This document shows positions 9,156 through 20,000 of a DNA stretch of 20,000 nucleotides, piece after piece. A model generated the notes under the pieces. It saw nothing but the letters and a program-made list of their open reading frames with translations. It ran no database searches and was not told the origin of the DNA. A program made the position numbers and the translations under genes. The stretch is from Welwitschia mirabilis (taxonomy: Eukaryota), in assembly GCA_051453625.1 (NCBI GenBank), contig JBOZIK010000001.1:37009286-37029285 (forward strand). The letters run 5' to 3'. Numbering within the stretch: position 1 is the stretch's first letter; the number at the start of each line of letters is the position of its first letter.

Positions 9156-10374
9156 TATTTGTAATGAAATCTAGCTATGCTTATATCTATCATCAATAAA
9201 TGATAAATCATAAATAACCTTAGGAATACAAATCTTGCATGATCAAACCTAGCTTGTAGCCCTAGTATTGTTCTTTCATAAAGATAAATGACAAAAGATA
9301 TTAGAGTAGTAGAGAGTAAAATGATATTAGAGATCTAGGAATGAAACATAACATTCAAACTAACATAATAAATTCAAGTAAAGGAATTATTTAAAGTAAA
9401 AACATGTAGGTTTACTTATTAACTCATTCACAATTATATAATCCACTATAATCATGAGTGTTCATGTAGTCCAAGCTCAAGTACAATGGCATAATCTCAT
9501 TCATTATGGATATGAGAGTGATATAACTAAGCACCTAGCCTTCATAACAATAATTAAATAAATATGGAAAGTAAAGGTCTCTCCTAAGATCCATCAAATG
9601 AAAATAAGAATCACCAAAATAGATCTTAAAGTAAAAGCATATTTCAACCAATACTAAGAATCACAAGTATGACATTTACAACTTGATATCAAAATAATGC
9701 ACCAAGAAGATGTAACACTTTATTATTTAAAAAGTAAAGCATACAATTTAAATGTACACATGCTAAACCAAGAAGCATCATGCTAGTTTGGTAGCTAGCC
9801 CATCACTATGGAAGGCTTAGAAGGAACTCATGAATAAATATCTAATTTCTTTGATAATGATTTGCCTTGAAGTAATATTTTTTAAGTAAGGAGAGGTAGG
9901 TTATTTATAAGGTAGAATTAGGATTTCAATTAGAATTTCAAAGGCCTAATAGGATCATTATAAATAATGCCCAAAATATATAAAATAATTTTTTGGTCAT
10001 GGAATCAAATTGAGGGGTTTCCCTTAGAATATGTTCCTCATTCATCTTATTTTTATGAAAATGTTTGGAATGGATTTCTTACATCAAGAAAACTTAGAAA
10101 TGTAAGAATGATACTACTTTGCTTAAATAACTAGCACTGTCATGCCTAGAATTGACATCATTACCAATTATGATTAGCACACATCCATCTCCTACCACAA
10201 TGCTCCTAATGTTACATTTATCCTACAAAATAATAATGTTAAGGCAAATTAGTAATAAAATATAATTTTCATGTCTCAAGTTTAAGACATGCATGAAACT
10301 GTCATAGTAAATAATTAAACTTTCTAACAAGACATTAATTCCTTAATATCAATGTTAATTTTTGAGTTTTATCA
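9156..10374 (-). repeat. Putative 5' LTR of the first Athila-like element
   Basis: The minus strand starts TGATAAAACTCAAAAA at 10374, has a TATA-like CCTTATAAATAACC at ~9899-9914 and ends next to the PBS-like motif. Length is ~1.2 kb. No partner LTR is in the window. Confidence 0.6.
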
Positions 10375-11026
10375 TACTTCCCAATTAACTAGTCCATTAT
10401 CAAAATGTATGTTAAAAAATTAGTTAACTTGATAGAAATTAGCAATCAACTTAATAAAGTACAAAAGGTGAATTATTTTAAAGAAAAAATTGGTCAATGT
10501 GCTCTAAAATTATACTTTAAGTAAAAGATAGAGCATGAAAAGTAAGTACTTTAAGTGTAAATGCCACTTCCCTTAATGAAAGATAAACATTATCCTTAAA
10601 TCTTAAAAGATAAAAAATTAAATGTGAATACAATGAAGAATGAATGATGCATACGCTAAAGTGGTCTAAAATGAGATATAAGAAAAAAAAATTACTAAAA
10701 AGAAAATATGAAATGCAGGATTAACCTAAAAAAGATAAGTTTCAAGCTAATGCAAATGAAAGACTAAAAATCAAAGATAAAACTTTAGTTACAATGTCTT
10801 AAAATTTTGAATCTAAGGTACATGACTATAAAATCTCATAAAATAACTGAAAGAGGATGTGAAAAAAAAAAGTGAATGTGATGATTTTAAAATGAAGTTA
10901 TAAAGAATAAATTTGGATCACTTAATTTTTATAACTTTGTAATGGAGATCCAAGAGCTAAAAACATAATATGTGATCAAGAATGCTTGTGTAGAATGGGA
11001 ACATATCTGCACATCTTAAGGTGGTG

Positions 11027-12202
11027 TGTTGTAATGTAAATTTGTAAAATCTTTAAGTCCTTAAGTAGATCCTATCAATCAAAAATACTTATAGAAAAAC
11101 ACACACTAGTATAGATGAGAGTTAATCCAAATGTCATAATCCATTGAAGGCACTAGGCTAGAAATTAGAGAATTTATTTTCTTTTTGGTTTTTTTCCTTT
11201 TAGGTAAATTAAAATAAGAAATGATGCAAATGCAATGTAAGATGAATAATATTGTAGTACTTAATATATGAAATGCAAAATGCAATAACTTAAGAAATTA
11301 ATGTATTTTACTACCAATCTTTCTATCATAAAGATTAGGCTTTATAACTTAGATCAATTAGAAAGAACTATTACTTAATCCTAACCAACATAAGCTATAA
11401 GATACACCAAAAAAAAATAGATAAATACAACTATGGAAATGCAATATCAAATGAGTGTAAAATCTAAACTAATAATATCAACCTTAACAAAGGTTTTCCT
11501 TATGATCTAGATCAACTATGAAGCTATGACAAAATCATAATCAATTTAAACCATGAGGGAGGAATAAATGAAGCATTAAATTATAAAGTAGAAGCACCTC
11601 AATGGAGGATACACAACCCAACACCAAGGAAGACCTCTCTCTATAGCTATGGATGGATCTCTTGTCCTTCAATCTCCCATCACAAGACTTTTTAGTTTTA
11701 CATTAAATATTATGGAAGAAAAATCCTAGAAGTCAAAGATGAAATCATAGTAGTCTACATGGGGTGCATGACCCCATTATAAAGCAAATTGAATTTGTTC
11801 ATATGAAATAGCTATCATCCTTCCTATTATCCGGACAAGTGCTAAGATAATGCTCATAATAGAAGATGATTCATTAGCTTTCAATTCCATAATTAGCCCC
11901 ATAGCTTTAGTCCATGTTAGCATTAGTGTCATCCTAGCTATTATGGAGATGATGGAGGGGACGATAGTCTTTCTTATCTTTTCAACTAAGAAAAATTAGC
12001 TGCCTGCATCATTGGTTTTCTCCTCAAAGTGCTAAACATTAGAATTAGCTTAAAATGCATTCAAATACATTAAGAATTACATGTTTTTGTGATCATCCCA
12101 TCAATGCTCCATAATCATTAGAATTTCATCTAAACCTATCTAAAGATCCTACAAAAGTACTCAAAATACCCCATTAAATTACATATAATTTAGCATTGTA
12201 AC
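11027..12202 (-). repeat. 3' LTR of the second Athila-like element
   Basis: The minus strand runs TGTTACAATGCTAAATTATATG...TTTACATTACAACA with TG..CA ends. It is visibly homologous to 16054-17263 and is preceded by a PPT-like motif. Confidence 0.8.
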
Positions 12203-12238
12203 ATAGCCCTCTACTTAGCCTTATCAGTCCCTGACAAA
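12203..12238 (-). promoter_or_regulatory. Degenerate PPT region of the second Athila-like element
   Basis: The minus strand reads TTTGTCAGGGACTGATAAGGCTAAGTAGAGGGCTA|TGTTAC. This resembles the Athila GAGGACAAGCAA..TAAGTGTGGGGG|TG junction. Confidence 0.6.
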
Positions 12239-15006
12239 GTAAATGATTAACTACAAATTATGAGCATAATTAATTAAGATAATAGTAACTAGGAAAACAT
12301 AAATTAAATTCATAAATTTGTATCATGTAGGATCTAATATCAATAACTAATGAATTTATGTATTACCTCTATAAGATGTGCAATAATTTTGCTGTCCTAG
12401 GTGTTATCCAAACGACTATGGAGCTAACATGCTTTATAAATCAGAATGAAAATTAAGTGCATATGAATATGATCATTAAAAAAAATTAGATTATTGGAAA
12501 CTTTGTTAGTCCTCCACTTAAAACATTTCATACATTACAAGATAAAAATTGAATGTCATACACAAAAATTGTCATTAAATATAACCATTATAACTTAGAA
12601 AAAATAATGATATATATGGATAATTAAAGCAGTGTAACTAAAAATGATGTGTATAAATNNNNNNNNNNNNNNNNNNNNNNNNNNNNNNNNNNNNNNNNNN
12701 NNNNNNNNNNNNNNNNNNNNNNNNNNNNNNNNNNNNNNNNNNNNNNNNNNNNNNNNNNAAATAATGAGATATATGGATAATTAAAGCAGTGTAACTAAAA
12801 ATGATGTGTATAAATCAATCAGTAAGTTTAAAGGATAATCTATAAGGGATAAATAATCTACAAGGGGTGTATACAAAAAATAATGATAACATTACTCCTC
12901 TTATCCATGATCTCTTGGATCTCTTAGATTACACCTACGACTGCTTTATTATGTACCACTAAATAGTGTCTATAATGTAAATTATACAAGTAATATAAAA
13001 TCATACACTAATTATCACATTACATATAGGTATCGTAAAAGCTCAAAAATGATCCTCATAATTAAAGTTTTTCTCTTAATATCTCAACNNNNNNNNNNTA
13101 TATTGTAATAGTGTAAAAAGGACTGCTATCGCTTGCTTTGTCATTTAAACATCAAACATGAGATGACACTTAGAAAAGGAGAATCTAGTATAATGACAAA
13201 GTCTAGGTAGGGTCAGATAATTAATGATAAAAAAACTAAATCCTTAGAAAGTTATTATGAAGTCCAAAAAATGGATAAAAGTAAAGAATCATGATAAAAA
13301 ATGATCATGAAAAAGGAGTCAAATGTGGAAGGAACTCAAGGAAAGAGAAAATAATAGGGGCATGATAATGTATCAAGTAGAAAGAAGTAATGATAAGAAA
13401 ACTCCTCAAATGTACTTGAATTGAGTAAGCATGTAAAAGTAGTAAGTGAATGTCTCAAACTCAAAAGAAATGAGAATAGATAGTATCATTGTCATCTATC
13501 AAAAGTGCTAAAGAAGGCCAACTCTTATGGATAAAAACCATAAGTGAAAGAAAAAACAACAATATGAAAACTACTGAATGATTAAGTTCTAAATTTTATG
13601 ATAAAAAGTATGAAAATGACTTTAAAATACCAAGGGAAAAAACTAATGAAAACAAAATGAAAATGGACAACTAGAAACATGAAGAAAATTATTTACCTAT
13701 CCTAAATCTTAACCTAGCAAAGTCCCTTGGTAGAAATTATAAAATTACTTGATTATGAATGCATGATATGATGTAAAAATTCATAAAGTATCATTTGAAT
13801 AGACAATGGTTATGACAATGTCAAGAAAATTTAATNNNNNNNNNNNNNNNNNNNNNNNNNNNNNNNNNNNNNNNNNNNNNNNNNNNNNNNNNNNNNNNNN
13901 NNNNNNNNNNNNNNNNNNNNNNNNNNNNNNNNNNNCTTGGTAGAAATTATAAAATTACTTGATTAATAATGCATGATATGATGTAAAAATTCATAAAGTA
14001 TTATTTGAATAGACAATGGTTATGACAATGTCAAGAAAATTTAATGTTCATAATCAATGAATGATAAGCTCAAAAGCTGCTCAGAAATCAACTTACCTGC
14101 TTACATTCAAAATTAAACTGTAATCTGAAAAGGTAAAATGGTCATGTGGACGTACTATATGCACAATAAGTCTAGAAAACATGCAATCCTCTAATGATAC
14201 AAGGTACATCAATGTTTCTGTAGCATCTAAGTGATAATTATGTAATGATAAGGAGAGTGTAACCANNNNNNNNNNNNNNNNNNNNNNNNNNNNNNNNNNN
14301 NNNNNNNNNNNNNNNNNNNNNNNNNNNNNNNNNNNNNNNNNNNNNNNNNNNNNNNNNNNNNNNNNAAGGTACATCAATGTTTCTGTAGCATCTAAGTGAT
14401 AATTATTTAATGATAAGGAGAGTGTAACCACTATCAAAGGAGTAAGAACCTATTAAGAATGGCTAATTATCCCTCTAGTGGAGTTCTCACAACTATCATA
14501 TCGCACTATCAAAGGCCTCTCTTAGGAAAATTTTCCTACGTGCACTTGTAGTAGGACATCATCTTTTATTTTAGATAAAAGAAAACTATTCTTCTTCTTT
14601 TATTTTTTTTAATTTTTTAAGTGAAATATCCCATATGACCAAGTAATTTTAAAGATAAGGTTGAAGAAATGAGATAAAAAATAATTGAAAACACACCCAA
14701 ACAACTAAAGACTCACACCATTAATAAAGAATACAAAAAACAAGGCATATTCCTTCAAAATAAAGTTCATAGATGTATGAATGTCTTATCATTTTTGAAT
14801 GCCTGAGTAAAAGATTACCAGTCATGCTAACTTTATTAACGTAATACATAACTCATGTTAAAGATATTCAAGTGATAGCATGATGTCCACTAAAGAAATC
14901 ATCTTAAGGAAGAATTTAGACAATGATAGGAGAAAAGTCCTCCTTATTGATAGGGGCTTCTAAGACAAGTTCTCCTATCATATTTGAGGTTTTATTAATA
15001 GATAAT

Positions 15007-16053
15007 TTATATATTTTCAACCTTTGTACATTAACTTCTAGTGTTTGTATTAGAGATTTGAATTAAACCATTAAGATGTAGTTTTTCTATAAGATAACGA
15101 TCTAAGAATTTAGAGGTTAACTTATTATGTAAAAGATGCATCCAGGTATTGTATACTAGAAATAGTTTACCTAGTTTAAGTTGTTTATGGGTTGTCTTTT
15201 TTTATTGTTTAAACTTTGCTTGGACTGTGTGAATAAGTTGATGATGTATACCATAAGTATGTTTTTCATCTAGATGATCAATTTGGGCTAATTAAGTCAT
15301 AATATTTTTGTCTAAGTTCCCAAGGTTAAGTTCATAGGTAGGACAATAAGAGTTATAATATACATTAACTAGTAAAATACAAACTTTTTCATACATAAGT
15401 TCATAAGGTAAAAAGCTGAGATAATTTCATCACACAGTACAGTAAGCTCAAAAAACATTGTTAAGTTTAGAAGCCCAAGTTTTCTTATTGATAGAGAGTA
15501 GTTTTAGAAGCATCTTCTTAATTCTCCTATTAGCATGTTTATCTTGGCATTGAATTGTGGATGATAAGCATAAGTAATTCTATATTCAATTTCAATGAAT
15601 AAAAATGGTTTCCAAAAAAGATAATTAATAAAATATATCCCTTAATTATTATGATTCTAGGAAAATTCAAATATTGAAAGATATAAGTTTGGACAAAATT
15701 ACAAATAGTTCGAGCATCATTTTTGGTAATAGGAATAACTTTAACTCATTTGGTAATATAATCAACAACCACTAAGATGTAGTTTTTATCAGGAGAAGAT
15801 ATTTGATAAGGCCTATAAAATTAATCCTCTAATAATCAAAAGGTTCACATTTAAGCATAGGTTTAAGGAAAATATCTTAAGAGTGAGTTAGACTATCATA
15901 ACATTAATAGGCATCATACATTTTAACAAAGTTAAAAGAATACTTAAAAAGAGTAGGCTAATAGAAACTAGAGTGAATAATTTTCATTGTAGTCTTTTAG
16001 CTACTAAAGTATCCCTCACACACCCCATCATGGTAAAGGTTAAGAATGTCTAG
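15007..16053 (-). pseudogene. pol: Athila-like integrase relic (Zn finger to C-terminus), cut at 16053 by an insertion
   Basis: The minus strand gives DILNLYHDGVCEGYFSS*KTTMKIIHSSFY*PTLFK, *RINFIG, YILVVVDYITK*VK, FPRIII, AYHPQFN, VF*AYCT..LPYELMYEKVCIL, LGKLFLVYNTWMHLLHNKLTSKFLDRYLI and VNVQRLKI. Confidence 0.93.
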
Positions 16054-17263
16054 TACTACATTACCAAATTGTATGTGTTTGGTAGGGTATTTTTAGTAGT
16101 TTTATAGGATATTAAGCACATTTATGCTAAGTTTTGATGATAATTAAGAGATAAAACAAATATTAAAAAACATATAATATTCATTACATTTGACAACATT
16201 TAAGGCAAATTACAATACTTTTTATATAAAGAAGAAAACCTATAATCAAAGAGATTGATCTAACATAAGAAACATCATTATAAAGCCTATAATTCACCAT
16301 ATCATTTAGAAAATAGTACAGATGATAGAACAAGTTATGCTAACTAGGATACTTATTAGATCAAACTAGTAACTGATGTGGATCCTATATGGTATGGCAT
16401 TGTCCCTTGTAATATCCGGATGACTAGTAAGATAACAACATCTAAATATGACTATTCACCAAACTTCATCAAACTTTCACCATGTGTTATTCACCTTCTT
16501 GCATGGCCATTAGGATTTTACCGCATTTGTTAATGTTTACTATTTTGAAAGTATTGTTTGTAGTAAATACATTCTTTGCCCTTAATTCTAACTTTATCTT
16601 CTTTGGCACCAAAAATTCTCCTGATAGGAGATTAAAAGCTGTGTATCCTCCATTGAGATGATACTAGTTTGTAATATGGATGTTGGTTTGAATATAATCA
16701 AAACTTTATTTCTCTTTTTATATCTTCTATTATGTGAATCTACCTTATGGTGTATGTTGCTTATGATTCTGTGACAACTTTATTAGTGATAAAGATCATG
16801 AAGGTAATCATTGTTAAGATTAATACTAGTAGTTTAGGTGCATTGCATTTTATTTTCTAGATTAACTCGCATTATTTTTATATTTTGTTTGATGCACATC
16901 ATAGCTTAGATTGGTCTTGATTAATGATAGTTTCTTTAATTGACCTAGGTTATATATGGTCAATATTTATGACAGGTTAATTTGGTAATCGAATAGATGT
17001 TGCATTTAGGTTAGTCTTATATTTCATTTGCATAGTGTATTTACTTGCATTATTTCCTTTGCATTATTATTTTGTTTTACTTAGGAAGTTTATAAATATT
17101 TCATTTGAAATCAATTCTCTTTATTTTTGCTTATGCCTTCTACGGATTATGACATTCAGGTTATTTCTGTCTATATTAGTGTGTTATATTGTGTAATATA
17201 TATTTTCATAATTTTCAGAATTTACTTAATGTTGTAACATTGGTACTAATATGCATCACAACA
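16054..17263 (+). repeat. 5' LTR of the third Athila-like element
   Basis: It starts TACTACATTACCAAATTGTATG (decayed TG), ends GCATCACAACA and is followed by a PBS. It is homologous to the reverse complement of 11027-12202, for example TGCCTTCTACGGATTATGACATTCAGG versus TGCCTTCAATGGATTATGACATTTGGA. Confidence 0.85.
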
Positions 17264-17265
17264 TC

Positions 17266-17284
17266 TTGGTGTTATTACTGAGGA
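17266..17284 (+). promoter_or_regulatory. Degenerate Athila-type PBS (tRNA-Asp type)
   Basis: TTGGTGTTATTACTGAGGA versus the consensus TTGGCGCCGTTGCCGGGGA. All 7 differences are C>T or G>A. Confidence 0.8.
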
Positions 17285-18059
17285 AAGTTGTTTGAAGTTC
17301 AAGGATTATCATTGCTCAGATAAGTAGTTTGGANNNNNNNNNNGGATTTTGGTTTAGATATTTTTCTATAGTAGCATTATAGCTTTATAGCATAATCATA
17401 GGGTTTTATTTTTAAATTTTCTGATTTTTATTTTAAAAATAATGCCTTATAGTACCCAGTATTTTCCAGGCGATGCATAATGATAATGATCCATAAAACT
17501 AGGGTTTTTCATTTTTATAAGAATTAGGGTTTTTCCTATTATCCCCTCTATCATCCAAATAACTTAGAGGATGATTGTTAGTTTTTATTTTATGTTATTT
17601 TGCAACTCTGTCTTTCTATGTTTTTTATTTTTGGGTTTTTGTGTGTTTTCACATCTAGGTACATCATCTACACGACAACTGAGATGACATTTACAGAAAC
17701 AAAAATGAACATGCTAGGACATGGTAAACTTAAGTAAGTAGATGAAGTATCAAAAAGAGTAGGTATCAATTGAAGAAAACATTAGAGAAGTTTTTATTGA
17801 CTATGAACTAAACCCAAGTATGCATGCCCAAGGTACATAAGAAATTCTAAGAATTGAGCAAAATAATTTTCTGCATTTATTATTTCAGAATCTAATTTTT
17901 TCAAAGAAAATTCTTCAAAAGAAAGNNNNNNNNNNNNNNNNNNNNNNNNNNNNNNNNNNNNNNNNNNNNNNNNNNNNNNNNNNNNNNNNNNNNNNNNNNN
18001 NNNNNNNNNNNNNNNNNNNNNNNNNNNNNNNNNNNNNNNNNNNNNNNNNNNNNNNNNAG

Positions 18060-20000
18060 AACTAATTACAAATAAAAAGCATGAAATCCAAAATCTTCTT
18101 GACTTACCTCCTAATGATGATGTCAAGTTAAGAAATTTAAACGTATATTCCATTTTTAGTGGAGAAAATGATGAATATTCCCTTTAACATATAGTGGACA
18201 TTGAACAATTAGTGCTTACTTTAGGAAAAGATAAAAAACAAATTAGTGATTGTAATTACATGGTTATCTTTCCCATTACATTAAAAGGAGAAGTGAAATT
18301 ATGGATAAGAACTATTCCTTATAAAAGCTTAAAAATATGGAACCAAGTTCAAGAAGCCTTTATGAATGAAACAATAATAAAGAAAATAAAAATAAAGAGG
18401 TAAGAAAATTTTAACAACAATTTAGTGAAGATTATGCCAATACTTATGAATGATTTTTCATTGCAATTCATCTTAATTCCTTTAATGCTTTTACTCAAGA
18501 AGAATTAATAGATTATTTTCATAGTGGATTAAATAGCCAAACTAAACAACTTGTAGATTTTTTCATGTGATGGAAATTTAATAAATCTCACACTAGAAAG
18601 TACATGGGGGTTGTTAGAAGAATTAGTGAAAGTAAGTCAAACATGGCCTAAACCAATATCTAAAGAAAATTGTACTATAGGTCAAATCATAAAAGATTTT
18701 AAATAAGTAAATAAGAAAAGGAGGAAGTAAAAATAAAAAAAAGAAACAAATAACATAATTAAGGATTTCATAACAACATTTTAAAAAATACACTTAAATG
18801 ATTCTAGATGCAAAATGGTAACTGAAAAGAATGTGGTTCAAACTTGGGATTTGTGTAAAGATAACTATTATATAACTAAAGATATTCTTTATTACCAACT
18901 TAAAAAGAAAAATTATATGATGAAGTATTTGCTTTCAACCAAAAGTATTCAAATTTCAAAAACCAAAACCAGTTTCAACCTAGGCTGAATGGACGAGCAA
19001 ATTTCTAATCTTTTAAAAATAAATTCAAGAAATTTTCAATAAATCATTCAAATTTCTAATCATTTAGAAATATATTTGAGAATGCAAAGTTTTAATTAAA
19101 CAACTCTCACTTTTAACCAAGTAGCTCAAATTGTTAAGCAAGTACATAAAACTCATAAAATTAAAATGATCCACTTAGAAATTCCATTGATCAACTAAGA
19201 AAATCTCAAGATAAGACAAACTCAATCATTGAAAATCTTGTGAATGTTCTTTAACAAACTATGTTTACAAATCAAGGATGATAAGGATCACTTGTAACAC
19301 AACCTTCTTCTAATCCTAATGAAGTAAGAAAAGATTACAAGGTTGTAACAAGAAGTGAAAATGAAATAACACCTTCTATCCATGAGGCTTCAACTTTAAA
19401 AAAGGATAATAAAAATGGAAAAGAAAAATAGGATATTAAAATCTTAGAAAATCATAATTTCCATTCTCCTTTAAGTGATAAGATTAATAATAAAAATTCT
19501 TCATAAGATAAAGGAAAAAAACTTGCTACCTATTAGCTTGATAAATAAAATACCAATCCTATCTTTGATCATCTTAAATCCTTAATGAAAGATGTAAGTA
19601 TAAATTTACCCTTTTAGACTCTTGTAAGAAAATCCTTAACTTGTGAAAATATCTAATTAAGAGAAATAAAAATGAGCCATAGTTAGTAAAGACTTCCTAG
19701 CTTAATTTACAACCAACTTAGTTTTGCAAAAATGTTTAACATTTAAGGATCCTAAGGTAGTACTGATTAGTGTCACTTTGGAAGGAAATAAAAGAATTAA
19801 AAAAGCCTTAATCAATATAGGAGTGAGTATTAATATTATGCTTTTACACATTTGTTAGATACATAGTTTAGAAAGTAGAATTGAACCTAGATGTATTATC
19901 TTAGAATTGGCAAATACATCAGTGAAGAAAACTTTATGAGTAATCAAAGATTTGGTAGTTAAATTAAATAAGCATTCTATCCAATAGATGTGGTTATGAT
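18060..20000 (+). pseudogene. gag-pol: Athila-like gag and aspartic protease relic (continues beyond the window; true start may lie upstream of the 17926-18057 gap)
   Basis: Retrotrans_gag-like segments: IFSGENDEYSL*HI..IFPITLKGEVKLWIRTIPYKSLKIWNQVQEAFM and FHSGLNSQTKQLVD..GNLINLTLESTWGLLEEL. Further motifs: GSLVTQPSSNP..VTRSE, VSINLPFLD and FKDP. Protease region: KALINIGVSINIM at ~19802-19840 (compare ALCDLGASINLMP) and LELANTSV. Confidence 0.9.

Larger units (their letters stand above)
11027..16053 (-). mobile_element. 3' half of the second Athila-like gypsy element (integrase, ~2.8-kb 3' non-coding region, PPT, 3' LTR)
   Basis: Integrase, spacer, PPT and LTR are collinear on the minus strand. 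Confidence 0.8.
16054..20000 (+). mobile_element. 5' part of the third Athila-like Ty3/gypsy element, nested in the integrase of the second
   Basis: LTR, PBS, 5' UTR, gag and protease occur in order. The LTR start abuts the interrupted minus-strand integrase frame. Confidence 0.88.

Noticed and set aside
11027..17263. DNA transposon with 1.2-kb terminal inverted repeats enclosing an integrase
   Set aside because: The two arms behave as LTRs, one preceded by a PPT and the other followed by a PBS and gag. Nesting of two retroelements explains the structure.

Overview
This is very AT-rich eukaryotic DNA, almost certainly plant heterochromatin or intergenic sequence from a gapped draft assembly. 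It consists nearly entirely of nested, decayed LTR retrotransposons, and I found no intact gene. From left to right: (1) the 3' end of a + strand Ty1/copia Sirevirus (SIRE/Maximus)-like element, with an RNase H pseudogene, a multi-PPT region and a 3' LTR carrying GGGGTCGAC palindrome arrays (1-~2880); (2) two older minus-strand Sirevirus-like LTR fragments, a possible PPR relic and another LTR-like unit with tandem repeats (~2880-5003); (3) a minus-strand Athila-like Ty3/gypsy element with 5' LTR, PBS and degenerate RT-RNase H-integrase but no recognisable gag or protease (~5335-10374); (4) the 3' half of a second minus-strand Athila-like element (3' LTR 11027-12202, PPT, long 3' non-coding region, integrase to 16053); (5) a related + strand Athila-like element inserted into that integrase at 16054 (LTR, PBS, gag, protease, running off the window). 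All four 100-N gaps are flanked by near-identical duplicated sequence, probably an assembly artefact. I found no well-supported novel biological system. The best leads are structural variants of retroelements. All family assignments come from manual translation and remembered consensus motifs, not from database searches.
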